NCBI GenBank assembly: GCA_034932745.1
Contig: JAYFOJ010000001.1
Span: 69,451-133,450 of the forward strand
DNA length: 64,000 bases
Source of the DNA: Erysipelotrichaceae bacterium
GTDB taxonomy: Bacteria; Bacillota_I; Bacilli_A; RFN20; CAG-826
Reading direction: 5' to 3'
Every line of letters begins with the position of its first letter. The first letter of the stretch is position 1. Below are positions 39,372-48,612 of the stretch, piece by piece. A program made the position numbers and the translations under genes. The notes under the pieces were generated by a model, which had not been told where the DNA came from, did no database searches, and saw only the letters and a program-made list of their open reading frames with translations.

Positions 39372-39455
39372 GGGAGCTAGGGGAACCTGGCTGAGAGGAG
39401 TGCTATTCCGCATTCGACCGGACCTGATCCAGGTAATGCTGGCGGAGGGAAATTT
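39372..39455 (+). promoter_or_regulatory. TPP (thiamine pyrophosphate) riboswitch aptamer
   Basis: CTGAGA at 39391-39396 and GGACCTGATCCAGGTAATGCTGGCGGAGGGAA at 39420-39451 match the conserved THI-box core (GAACCUGAUCUGGAUAAUGCCAGCGUAGGGAA). Confidence 0.85.
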
Positions 39456-39461
39456 TTTATT

Positions 39462-39490
39462 TCCTCCTCTTAGGTATGGAGGATTTTTTT
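39462..39490 (+). terminator. riboswitch expression platform: terminator / SD-sequestering hairpin
   Basis: tcctcc (39462-39467) pairs with the GGAGGA SD (39477-39482) and is followed by TTTTTTT. The alternative pairing of ggaggga (39444-39450) with ttcctcc (39461-39467) would act as an anti-terminator. Confidence 0.6.
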
Positions 39491-40453
39491 ATGAAAATCA
39501 AAGTTAGGAGTTTAGTTTTTACCTTAGCGAGTTTAATTGTGTTTATTGGCTTGCTATTTGTCCCGTATGTTTCTATTTCGGATGAACCGAAAAACGCGAT
39601 CGAATCCTTATTTAATGGCACTTTTGCCTGGATTTCGATTTTTAGTTTCCTGCCGTTTATTTTGTTTTTATTAGGAACTTTGTTTGTTGCCTTAAGACGG
39701 CTCAAAAAGGGATTATCCGCAGTAGCGACAATATTGTTCATGTTAAGCGGATTCCTATTTGTATTTGCTAACTCTTTCATCGCATATTCTTTAGATTTAG
39801 AAGCTAGTGAAGTTGTGCTTAATGCGGGGGCGATTATTTTATCGATTATAAGTTTCGTCTTTACGCTTTTAGCAAATGGCTTTATTTTTGATGAAAACCG
39901 TTTCTCGACGAGGGACATAGTGGAAAGCGCCATGCTAGTCGCTTTTGCGGTGGCATTAGATTTATCGGTTTTTAAATTTAAGATTGTTCCAAAAGGTGGG
40001 TCGATTTCCTTAGCGATGCTCCCGTTATTTATCGTTGCCTTAAGACAAGGTCCATTAAAGGGCTTCATCGTTACCGGTATCGTCTACGGATTTATTAACT
40101 GTCTAGTCGACGGATATGGTTTCGTTTGTTTCCCCTTCGATTACTTATTAGGATTTGGTTCAATTGCGATTCTTGGATTCTTCCGAAAATGGATTCTTCC
40201 ATCAGGCAAAATTGGCTATAACTTTAAAGGCATTTTGCTTCTAGTAATTGGAGTCATTCTTTCTGGAATGGCAAGAATTGTTGCTTCAGGAATTTCTGGT
40301 GTCGTTTTCTTCGGCCGAACACCATATGATTCTTTAATATATCAATTGCTATATATCCCAGCGTCAATCGGCTTATGTTTGGTAGCCCTTATTGCGCTAT
40401 ATATTCCTTTGCAAGTCATCAATAAAAGATACCCGCTAATTCCTAATCTTTAG
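39491..40453 (+). CDS. ThiT-like thiamine transporter (ECF S-component-like) with extra N-terminal 5-TM domain
   Basis: C-terminal half (LAMLPLFIVALRQGPLKGFIVTGIVYGFIN) resembles the ThiT/YuaJ family. Controlled by the TPP riboswitch. About 160 aa of extra membrane domain at the N-terminus. Confidence 0.7.
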   Translation: MKIKVRSLVFTLASLIVFIGLLFVPYVSISDEPKNAIESLFNGTFAWISIFSFLPFILFLLGTLFVALRRLKKGLSAVATILFMLSGFLFVFANSFIAYSLDLEASEVVLNAGAIILSIISFVFTLLANGFIFDENRFSTRDIVESAMLVAFAVALDLSVFKFKIVPKGGSISLAMLPLFIVALRQGPLKGFIVTGIVYGFINCLVDGYGFVCFPFDYLLGFGSIAILGFFRKWILPSGKIGYNFKGILLLVIGVILSGMARIVASGISGVVFFGRTPYDSLIYQLLYIPASIGLCLVALIALYIPLQVINKRYPLIPNL

Positions 40454-40498
40454 AAATAATTCTAAATATGCTACGATTTATGAACGTGGAGTATTTAT

Positions 40499-41506
40499 AT
40501 GAAAGAAAAGAAAAAAACAAGTAAGAAACCTGTTGAGGATGTTGTAAAAGAGGAACCGGCTAAAATTGAGCCAGCAATTCAAGAGCAACAGTTCGAGGTT
40601 AAAAAAGATGATACTGGTGTACCTTTTAACGAAAGAATAGAAAATGCGCGCAATGATCTTCTCGTCAAATATAAGAAGAACAAACAACTAAGCACAATAG
40701 TTACTTTTGTCGTCGTTGTCCTTGTTATTGCAGCTTTTATCTTGATGTACCAAGAATCTGAAGGATTTAAGATTACTGGTTATGTCGTCGCTGGCGCTAC
40801 ATTACTAGGAATGATTGCGTTTTATATCATTAACCGCAACCGTTTTCCAGATGCGACAAGAGACTATATTAATTTTATCAGCGCACAGTTCAACGGATTT
40901 GTTTTCGAAGATAGTGCCTATGAAAAACTTACAATGGATCCAAAAGATAAACTCGATCAAGGAGAAATTGCTGCCGATCGCGTTTATACCGGAATTGCTC
41001 GTTTAGGAAGCCGAAACATTGTACAAGGTATTTATTTGCATGAGCACTTCACTATCGCCGATGTTGCAGCCTATACTCGCGGTGATAAAAAACAAGAAGT
41101 GGCTGCGTTCGTTGGGAAGTACACTTCGTTTCCAAATAATCGAAAAATAGAAGGAAGAATCATTATCACCATCAAAGGCGAAAAAGAAATCGATCTGCCG
41201 ACCGATATTAGCGACTTAGTCAAAGTTGAAGAAGCGGAAAAAATGATGATTCTTGCGACTGAAGGATTAAATATTCGTGAAATTCTTGGCGAACCTTTTA
41301 TGAAGGCTATTGAGAAATTTAAAGTGAGTGAGAATCTCATGAATTTGAATATTGCAATTTGGGGCGGCCATACAGCGTTATATATGAGTTATAACGATGA
41401 GATGATGGTTTTACCATTTGAAAAGGCTTTTAATGAAGAACCAATCAAACAATATAAAGACGAACAAATAAAGCTTTTGAAAATTGTGTCTTTGCTCAAC
41501 AAATAG
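40499..41506 (+). CDS. hypothetical membrane-anchored protein (charged N-terminus, 2 TM, ~220 aa soluble C-terminal domain)
   Basis: ORF with GGAG SD. No family recognised. Confidence 0.6.
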   Translation: MKEKKKTSKKPVEDVVKEEPAKIEPAIQEQQFEVKKDDTGVPFNERIENARNDLLVKYKKNKQLSTIVTFVVVVLVIAAFILMYQESEGFKITGYVVAGATLLGMIAFYIINRNRFPDATRDYINFISAQFNGFVFEDSAYEKLTMDPKDKLDQGEIAADRVYTGIARLGSRNIVQGIYLHEHFTIADVAAYTRGDKKQEVAAFVGKYTSFPNNRKIEGRIIITIKGEKEIDLPTDISDLVKVEEAEKMMILATEGLNIREILGEPFMKAIEKFKVSENLMNLNIAIWGGHTALYMSYNDEMMVLPFEKAFNEEPIKQYKDEQIKLLKIVSLLNK

Positions 41507-41543
41507 CGTTATTTTGTCGGTCGTAGCACACACATACATACGT

Positions 41544-41572
41544 AACCCAGTTTAATCTGGGTTTTCTTTTTG
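41544..41572 (+). terminator. rho-independent terminator
   Basis: Stem aacccag/ctgggtt followed by TTTTCTTTTT. Confidence 0.65.
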
Positions 41573-41579
41573 CTATAAT
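41571..41579 (+). promoter_or_regulatory. extended -10 element (TGcTATAAT) for ntdp-tsaEB-rimI-tsaD operon
   Basis: TGcTATAAT lies immediately after the terminator, about 70 nt upstream of the ATG at 41649. Confidence 0.35.
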
Positions 41580-41648
41580 TAACTCGAGCGATACGCTGTT
41601 ATATCAACAAAGATAGAAGTTTTTGTTGATTTCGGGAGGTGACTCCTT

Positions 41649-42182
41649 ATGAGTTATATTGGACGTTGGATTGAAATACAAAGTTATAAACACGATGGTC
41701 GTTTGCACCGTCAATGGGATCGTGGTCTCGTTTTAGAAGACAACGATGATTTTATCATCATCGCTTCAAAAAGGGCTAAGGTAGTCGAGGCAAACGGAAG
41801 GCGTTGGTTTACTAAGGAACCAGCGGTTACCGTCTTTTCAAAGAAAGATTGGTATAACGTTATTTGCATGTTTAAAGATAGTGGAATATCTTATTACTGC
41901 AATATCGCTTCTCCGGCTTTAGTAGACCATAACAAGATTAAATATATCGATTATGATCTAGACGTCAAATTAATGGCAGACAAAACGATTAGACTTCTGG
42001 ACGAAAAAGAATACCAGAATCATCGAAAAACTTATAGTTATAGCGAGGAATTAGATAAAATTCTTAGCTTTCAAGTCGAAGTAGTAGAGAAAATGATGAA
42101 AGATGAAAAATTTCCTTTTGTAGATAAAACTATTGCTGATTACTACGAAGATTACGCAAAAATAATAGATGGCGGTAAGTAA
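41649..42182 (+). CDS. DUF402 nucleoside tri-/diphosphate phosphatase (YgaC/Ntdp-like)
   Basis: IQSYKHDGRLHRQW, NVICMF and KYIDYDLDVKL blocks match YgaC/Ntdp proteins. Confidence 0.8.
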   Translation: MSYIGRWIEIQSYKHDGRLHRQWDRGLVLEDNDDFIIIASKRAKVVEANGRRWFTKEPAVTVFSKKDWYNVICMFKDSGISYYCNIASPALVDHNKIKYIDYDLDVKLMADKTIRLLDEKEYQNHRKTYSYSEELDKILSFQVEVVEKMMKDEKFPFVDKTIADYYEDYAKIIDGGK

Positions 42183-42183
42183 A

Positions 42184-42642
42184 ATGAAAATCACATTAAA
42201 AACAAATTCCAAGATAGAGACAATCGCTCTTGGTGAAAAGATGGCTAAGTACTTGATTCCAAATTCTGTAATCACCCTTGCAGGAGATTTAGGCGCTGGA
42301 AAAACCACTTTAGTTGCTGGGATTGCTAAAGGTTTAGGAATCAAAGAACAAGTCACTTCTCCGACCTTTAATATTATGAAGTGCTATTTTCATAAGCCTC
42401 TTTCTTTATATCACATCGACGCCTATCGACTCGACGGTGTTAATAAAGACATTGGTCTAGAAGAATTTATCGATGGTGACGGAGTATGTGTCGTCGAGTG
42501 GCCAAATTATATTATCGAGATGCTTCCTCATAACTCTATTGAGATAGTTATTCATAATCTAGGCGACGATGTAAGAGAATTGACCATTTCTTCAAACGAT
42601 AAGCGTTTTGAAAAGTTAATAAAAACGATAGGAGATAAATAG
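42184..42642 (+). CDS. tsaE: tRNA t6A37 biosynthesis ATPase TsaE
   Basis: Walker A GDLGAGKTT in a YjeE/YdiB-like context. Start chosen at the MKITL ATG at 42184, 1 nt after the upstream stop. Confidence 0.85.
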   Translation: MKITLKTNSKIETIALGEKMAKYLIPNSVITLAGDLGAGKTTLVAGIAKGLGIKEQVTSPTFNIMKCYFHKPLSLYHIDAYRLDGVNKDIGLEEFIDGDGVCVVEWPNYIIEMLPHNSIEIVIHNLGDDVRELTISSNDKRFEKLIKTIGDK

Positions 42643-42643
42643 C

Positions 42644-43228
42644 ATGATTACAGTGTTGTTAGATTCTTCAAACCGAGATTTAGCAGTCGGAATCGGAAGA
42701 GATGGTAAGATCATCGATTCTACATCATACGAAGCTTGGCAAAGACAATCGGAATCTATGATTCCAGAACTAGATAAGATTTTAAAGAAAAATCAAATCA
42801 AAAGAACTGACATATCGGATATTGTTGTAGCGATTGGCCCTGGTTCTTATACTGGCGTCCGCATCGCTTTAACAATTGCAAAAGTAATGGCGCTTGCGTT
42901 AAATGTTCCAATTTATCCGGTTTCTTCTTTAAGAGCAATGAAGATTGGTAGCAAACCGACCATCGCCTTAATAAACGCTAGAAGTTCGAGATCATATATT
43001 GGAGTTTTCGAAAAAGAAAAAGTAATTCTCGAAGACCAAATTATGACCAATGAAGAAGTGTTGAAATATATTGCTAAGCATTCAGAATATGAGATTTCTG
43101 GTGATGTTCAATATTTAGGTTTAGAAGGTCATAAACCGAATGCATTAAAAGAAATGATGAACTTAAAGCCTATTATCAAACCATGTGAAAATTCACTTGG
43201 ATTAAAGCCAATTTACTTAAAGGACTAA
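42644..43228 (+). CDS. tsaB: tRNA t6A37 biosynthesis protein TsaB
   Basis: YeaZ-like N-terminus (MITVLLDSSNRDLAVGI). SD AGGAGA. Confidence 0.85.
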   Translation: MITVLLDSSNRDLAVGIGRDGKIIDSTSYEAWQRQSESMIPELDKILKKNQIKRTDISDIVVAIGPGSYTGVRIALTIAKVMALALNVPIYPVSSLRAMKIGSKPTIALINARSSRSYIGVFEKEKVILEDQIMTNEEVLKYIAKHSEYEISGDVQYLGLEGHKPNALKEMMNLKPIIKPCENSLGLKPIYLKD

Positions 43229-43229
43229 T

Positions 43230-43688
43230 ATGGACGAGAAAATTCAGTTTTCGATAAGGAAGATGGCTATTGACGATGTCAAAGAAGTCCTTTCTATTGA
43301 GAATGAATCGATCATCTCGCCTTGGAACGAGAAGCAAATCCAATATGAATTATTAAACAATCCCGTGAGTCGAATAAGAGTTGCGGTGGACGATAAAATG
43401 GCCGTTATTGGATTTATTGATTATTGGATCACATATGATTCTGCAACAATTGCGCAGATTGCAATCAAGATAGAACAAAGAAGAAAAGGAGTGGCGAAAG
43501 CCCTTCTAGAAAACATGATTGAAGATTGTAAGGATCATCGAGTAAAAGCAATTACATTAGAAGTAAGATGCAACAATGAACCTGCAATAAAATTATACGA
43601 AGCCTACGGCTTTAAAAGAGTTGTTATCAAAAAGAGTTATTACCACGATGGCACCGATGCCATTTACATGGTAAGGGAGGTCTACTAA
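43230..43688 (+). CDS. rimI: ribosomal-protein-alanine N-acetyltransferase (GNAT)
   Basis: GNAT fold (RRKGVAKALL). Sits in the conserved position between tsaB and tsaD. Confidence 0.8.
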   Translation: MDEKIQFSIRKMAIDDVKEVLSIENESIISPWNEKQIQYELLNNPVSRIRVAVDDKMAVIGFIDYWITYDSATIAQIAIKIEQRRKGVAKALLENMIEDCKDHRVKAITLEVRCNNEPAIKLYEAYGFKRVVIKKSYYHDGTDAIYMVREVY

Positions 43689-44702
43689 ATGTCTAAAACA
43701 ATATTAGCAATTGAGTCGAGTTGCGATGAAACAGCTTGTGCAATTGTAAGAGATGAAAAATTGTTATCAAATGTCGTTTCAACACAGATTGATGTTCACG
43801 CAAAATATGGTGGAGTAATGCCGGAAATAGCTTCGAGATTGCATGCTGAAAATATTTCAATTGTCATCAAAGAAGCGCTAGAAAAAGCCCAAGTTAAATT
43901 AGAAGATATCGATGCTTTTGCAGTGACTAGAGGACCAGGATTAATTGGTGCTTTACACGTCGGCTTACAAGCCGCTAAAACATTAGCGATGCTTTATGAT
44001 AAGCCGCTTATTCCTGTTCACCATTTAGCAGGACACATCTACGCAAACGAGTATGTCGGAGAGTTAAAATTTCCTCTTTTAGCCGTCGTCGTTAGCGGTG
44101 GAAATACCGAACTTGTCATCATGGAAAAAGAGCTCGATTTTAAGATTATTGGTAGAACAAGAGATGACGCAGTAGGAGAATGTTTTGATAAAGTGGCTCG
44201 CGTTCTTGGGCTTCCTTATCCTGGTGGCATTCCGATCGATAAATTTGCCAAAGAAGGCAAGCATACATATAAGTTACCAGTACCGCTTCACGATAATTCA
44301 TATGATTTTTCATATAGCGGTCTTAAAACTAACATTATTAATTTGGTCCATAAAATGGAACAAAATGGTGAAACAGTTAATGTTCCAGACATGTGCCGTT
44401 CATTTGAAGATGTCGCGGTGGGAATGATTGTTGATCGAACCGTTAAAGCCGCTAAAGATTTTAATGTCAAACAAGTCGTTTTAGCAGGAGGAGTATCTGC
44501 TAACTCGTATTTAAGAGAGCAAATGAACCAAGAGATTAAAAAGTTAGGAATAGACATTATTATTCCGCCGATGTGGTGTTGCACAGACAACGCTGCAATG
44601 ATTGCGAAAGTTGGATCTCGTCTATACGATAAAAAAATGTTTGCACCTTTAGATATCTCGGTGGATCCAAACTGGGAAATCGAAGATTACGATAAATTTT
44701 GA
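43689..44702 (+). CDS. tsaD: tRNA N6-adenosine threonylcarbamoyltransferase TsaD
   Basis: Kae1/Gcp family with the MSKTILAIESSCDETACAIV N-terminus. SD AGGGAGG. Confidence 0.95.
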   Translation: MSKTILAIESSCDETACAIVRDEKLLSNVVSTQIDVHAKYGGVMPEIASRLHAENISIVIKEALEKAQVKLEDIDAFAVTRGPGLIGALHVGLQAAKTLAMLYDKPLIPVHHLAGHIYANEYVGELKFPLLAVVVSGGNTELVIMEKELDFKIIGRTRDDAVGECFDKVARVLGLPYPGGIPIDKFAKEGKHTYKLPVPLHDNSYDFSYSGLKTNIINLVHKMEQNGETVNVPDMCRSFEDVAVGMIVDRTVKAAKDFNVKQVVLAGGVSANSYLREQMNQEIKKLGIDIIIPPMWCCTDNAAMIAKVGSRLYDKKMFAPLDISVDPNWEIEDYDKF

Positions 44703-44755
44703 AATCTTTAGTGATTTCATTTGTGTATAATGGTAGCACATAAGGAGAACTTGTT

Positions 44756-46141
44756 ATGGAAGCAAGAAAAATGACTGACCGCGAACTCTACGAAGTAATC
44801 AAAGAGTTAAAACCAAATCAAATCGACCAGAAACTAGTCGAATTATCTGGTTGGGTGAGAACCAATCGCGATAATGGATCAATCGGGTTCATTGAATTTA
44901 ACGATGGAACTTTCTTTAAGAATGTTCAGTTGGTTTACTTGAAAAATAACGAGGCTTTATATGAGAGCATTAGAAGTGCTAAAACTGGAGCAGCGATTAA
45001 AGTTATTGGTAAAGTGATTCTTACTCCAGAGAATAGACAACCATTTGAGATTCATGTCGAAAAATATGAACTGCTCGGAGATGTCGAAGAAGACTATCCT
45101 TTGCAAAAAAAGAGACACTCATTTGAGTTTTTACGTGACAATGCTCATATCAGACCACGTGCCAATACTTTTATGGCCGTCTTTAAAGTGAGAAGTGTTC
45201 TAGCAATGGCGATTCACGAATTCTTTCAAAAACGTGGATTTGTCTATGTTCATACGCCAATTATTACGACTAATGACTGCGAAGGAGCAGGACAAGTTTT
45301 TGATGTAGTTACCAAAGGTAAGGATCCAAATGCTTTCTTTGGTAAACCAGTTAATCTTACCGTCTCTGGTCAATTGCACGTTGAACCATTTGCTCTAGCG
45401 TTTAAAAACGTTTATACCTTTGGTCCAACTTTTAGAGCGGAGAATTCAAATACTCCTCGCCATGCAGCGGAATTCTGGATGGTTGAACCAGAAATCGCTT
45501 TCGCGGATTTGAATGACGATATGGCACTTATCGAATCTTGCGTTCGCTTTTGTATCGATTACGTAATGAAAGAATGTCCAGAAGAAATGGCGTTTTTCAA
45601 CGAAATGATTGACAAAACGTTATTGGAAAGACTCCAAGCCGTTTTAAATAGTAACTTTAGAAGAATGACCTATACCGAAGCGATTGGAATTCTGGAGAAG
45701 GCTGTTAAGGAAGGTCATAAATTCGATAACCCCGATATTAAATGGGGTATGGATTTACAAAGCGAGCACGAAAGATATATTACTGAGCAAATAATTAAAG
45801 GACCAGTTTTCTTAATCGACTATCCAAAAGAGATTAAAGCTTTCTATATGAGATTAAATGACGATGGCAAGACTGTCGCGGCTTGCGATCTTCTCGTTCC
45901 AAGTGTCGGCGAATTAGTCGGCGGTTCTCAAAGAGAAGAGCGTCTCGATTTATTAAAAGAAAAAATGGATTCACTTGGAATTGCTGGACTTGATTGGTAT
46001 TTAGACACAAGACGTTATGGCGGTTGCAAACACTCAGGATTCGGAATTGGATTCGACCGATTCTTAATGTACGTAACTGGTATTCAAAACATCCGCGATA
46101 CAGAACCTTACCCAAGAACCGCAAACGGGATTAAATATTAA
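44756..46141 (+). CDS. asnS: asparagine--tRNA ligase
   Basis: Class IIb aaRS of 461 aa with an N-terminal OB fold and motif [21 protein letters not shown]. Too short to be AspRS. Confidence 0.9.
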   Translation: MEARKMTDRELYEVIKELKPNQIDQKLVELSGWVRTNRDNGSIGFIEFNDGTFFKNVQLVYLKNNEALYESIRSAKTGAAIKVIGKVILTPENRQPFEIHVEKYELLGDVEEDYPLQKKRHSFEFLRDNAHIRPRANTFMAVFKVRSVLAMAIHEFFQKRGFVYVHTPIITTNDCEGAGQVFDVVTKGKDPNAFFGKPVNLTVSGQLHVEPFALAFKNVYTFGPTFRAENSNTPRHAAEFWMVEPEIAFADLNDDMALIESCVRFCIDYVMKECPEEMAFFNEMIDKTLLERLQAVLNSNFRRMTYTEAIGILEKAVKEGHKFDNPDIKWGMDLQSEHERYITEQIIKGPVFLIDYPKEIKAFYMRLNDDGKTVAACDLLVPSVGELVGGSQREERLDLLKEKMDSLGIAGLDWYLDTRRYGGCKHSGFGIGFDRFLMYVTGIQNIRDTEPYPRTANGIKY

Positions 46142-46287
46142 CGAGGGCTTTTTGTGGAAGAGAAAAACAATTATTCAAAAAAAGAAGTATCTCGCAAAAG
46201 AGTGTTCTGGTTCTTCGTCGTTATCGACTTGCTCTTATTTATTTATCTAGTATTTCAATTAATCGAAATATTCACTAACATCTAATA

Positions 46288-46318
46288 ATAAAAAATCCTC
46301 GGTGCAAACTGAGGATTT
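46288..46318 (-). terminator. rho-independent terminator for the minus-strand membrane-protein operon
   Basis: Stem aatcctc/gaggatt. The A-run on the plus strand is the T-run on the minus strand. Confidence 0.55.
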
Positions 46319-47028
46319 TATTTAAACGGATTTTGTGGCGGATTATTGTTTTGATTATTATTTGGCGGTGGGACTTGCTGCGGGTTATTAATCGCACCAG
46401 TTGGATTAGTAATCATATTGATGTTATCCATCGATTTATCAAAAACGCTACGAGATAGTTGTTCGATTCTAATCGTTCTAGATATTAAACATTGAACATC
46501 GATTAGATACCAAATTGCGCCAGTTAAAAATATTGGGGTGAAGACATATGACCAAATTGCCTCGATATGGAATTCTGGCGAATGAATGAGATTAATCGTA
46601 GTGGTTAATTCAAAACCCGCTATTTGCATAAATGCATGCTTGTCGCCAGTATCTTTCCAAATAAAGAATAAAGTATTAAATCCGGTTTTTTGATAATCAA
46701 AGATATCGTATGTAAATCCATTAAGGGATTCTGCGAGGAACAAAACCGCGAAGGCTGCTAATAGGATAAGAATTGGAATCCAGCTTTTCTTGAAGAAATA
46801 TCTCCAACTCTTTTTACTCGCCACTTTTTTAAAAGCCTTCTTGTCGTTGACGACACGAGTAACGGTTATATCGTGCATCATGTTGTCGACTCTTTTTCCT
46901 TGCCACTTCATCACACGAGTGATGAGCATGCCAATGTAACCGACTAAAACGAAAATTAGGATTAGGACTAAAAGAATAGCAATCGCTAAACGTTTATCGT
47001 TTTCGGTAAACTGAATAAGAATATTCAT
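46318..47028 (-). CDS. hypothetical membrane protein with Pro/Asn/Gln-rich C-terminal tail
   Basis: Three or four TM helices. C-terminus reads NPQQVPPPNNNQNNNPPQNPFK. Confidence 0.6.
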   Translation of the reverse strand: MNILIQFTENDKRLAIAILLVLILIFVLVGYIGMLITRVMKWQGKRVDNMMHDITVTRVVNDKKAFKKVASKKSWRYFFKKSWIPILILLAAFAVLFLAESLNGFTYDIFDYQKTGFNTLFFIWKDTGDKHAFMQIAGFELTTTINLIHSPEFHIEAIWSYVFTPIFLTGAIWYLIDVQCLISRTIRIEQLSRSVFDKSMDNINMITNPTGAINNPQQVPPPNNNQNNNPPQNPFK

Positions 47029-47612
47029 CTCTTCTTTTCCTTTCCTTCTTCGTAAGTAATGTCGACGCCAGAGCCGTCGTCATTTGAATTATTACTAGGT
47101 TCATCGAGTAAAAAAGAATCTTTCTTTTCCTCTTTAGGAGCAACTATAACTTCTTCATTGATTTTGATCTCATGGATTTCTTGTTTATCAATTTCTGGTT
47201 CCTTTTTGACCTCTTCTTCGCCAGTAATAATACTATTTGGTACTGGTTGGACTTTTATGTGGTCCTCGTGAACTGGAACATTATTTTCATGCTCAAAAGT
47301 AAATGTCTCATTTTCTAATGGTTCTTTTAATGGCGCGAAATTGTTTTGAGGATTATTGCCTGGTTGGGCATTAGGTGGAAGAGGGTTGGAATTACCTAAA
47401 TTCATAATATCTAGTCTTCTTTTGGCCTCTTTGTCCTCTTCTAACTCTCCGAACATATTCTCGCCTTTGAAGAAAAGGATAATTGCCTTGATTCCAATGA
47501 CGATAAATGCCAGTAGACTAAACACAGCATAAATAGCCAGTCCTAGAAGTAAAACTGGTAGAACTAAAACATATAAAACGCCACGAGCGAAAGTTTTGAA
47601 AAAGTTAGCCAT
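47025..47612 (-). CDS. hypothetical single-pass membrane protein with disordered Pro/Asn/Glu/Lys-rich C-terminal region
   Basis: N-terminal TM followed by a low-complexity region (NSNPLPPNAQPGNNPQNN ... EEKKD). Confidence 0.6.
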   Translation of the reverse strand: MANFFKTFARGVLYVLVLPVLLLGLAIYAVFSLLAFIVIGIKAIILFFKGENMFGELEEDKEAKRRLDIMNLGNSNPLPPNAQPGNNPQNNFAPLKEPLENETFTFEHENNVPVHEDHIKVQPVPNSIITGEEEVKKEPEIDKQEIHEIKINEEVIVAPKEEKKDSFLLDEPSNNSNDDGSGVDITYEEGKEKKR

Positions 47613-48538
47613 TAATGTTTTCCTGCAGGATTAATTGTATCTTTCTTTTTGAGTTTGCTCAAACATATATTGCAAAATGCAATAATAGTCATTAATAAAG
47701 GGAAAATGCCAACTAAAAGAAACGCATATGTTTTACCGACTAAATTGTAACAGGAAGAAAAGATGAAAAACGTTATCAAAAGAGAGACACCCTCTAAGAT
47801 TAAAACCCATAGTTTTCTATCGATAAATGAACTGATTGCAAGATAGATTCCAAAGAATAACGAGATCATCAAAACAAAGTATGACCACTCGATAATAAAC
47901 GCCGCTAATAAACCAGTTAAAATAAGAGCGGTAACTGAACCGACAAGTGTTAAATAAAAGAACTTATTATTCTCGTGTAAAACAATTTGTAATTTTGGCA
48001 ACTCTTCCTTAATTACCATATAAGATAAAGTAGATTGAATGAGCGAAAGTAAGAAAATGACTGATGGGATTACTAAATACATCGCACTATTGTTTTGAAG
48101 GCCAAATACATTAAGGAAAAACGATATAATATCGAGTTCAAATATTAACTTGATAAGTGGTATAGAAATATAGGTAAAAACAACCTGAACTAATGTTGGT
48201 ACAAGAATAAGAAAAATGGCAGGGCATTTTTTCTTTGCAAGCACACCAAACAAGAAGCCAGAGATAATGGAAGGGATAACATAAAACAAGGTATCAGAAA
48301 AGTTCCATGCAACGACCGCTAAACATAGTATTGTTGTCGCAATGGCGTAGATAGGGAAAAACCGTTTTTTGCAATATAAAGTCACCGTTACGGAAGTTAA
48401 TGGAAGTACAAAAACTAGCAGTATGGTTAAAAAAGGTACCAAAGTAGAAAGAATCACGAAGACGACATTAATTGCCGCCATTAAAGCCATGAAAGTTAAA
48501 TTCTGAATAATCGTTTCATTTTTCTTGAATTCGACCAT
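47612..48538 (-). CDS. hypothetical polytopic membrane protein (~8 TM)
   Basis: First gene of a three-gene minus-strand operon with overlapping stop and start codons. Confidence 0.65.
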   Translation of the reverse strand: MVEFKKNETIIQNLTFMALMAAINVVFVILSTLVPFLTILLVFVLPLTSVTVTLYCKKRFFPIYAIATTILCLAVVAWNFSDTLFYVIPSIISGFLFGVLAKKKCPAIFLILVPTLVQVVFTYISIPLIKLIFELDIISFFLNVFGLQNNSAMYLVIPSVIFLLSLIQSTLSYMVIKEELPKLQIVLHENNKFFYLTLVGSVTALILTGLLAAFIIEWSYFVLMISLFFGIYLAISSFIDRKLWVLILEGVSLLITFFIFSSCYNLVGKTYAFLLVGIFPLLMTIIAFCNICLSKLKKKDTINPAGKH

Positions 48539-48612
48539 AGGTTTATTTTAGCAATTTAAAACTTTAAGTGGTGGAAAATTAGCATAATTGATTTTTTGGA
48601 CTACTAAGTAAT

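Noticed and set aside
39457-40068. 203-aa minus-strand ORF
   Set aside because: It is antisense to the riboswitch-controlled ThiT-like gene and Lys/Ile-rich in a way typical of antisense frames in AT-rich DNA. No SD.
44703-44755. T-box leader upstream of asnS
   Set aside because: The 53-nt gap is too short and lacks the T-box consensus (AGGGTGGNACCGCG).
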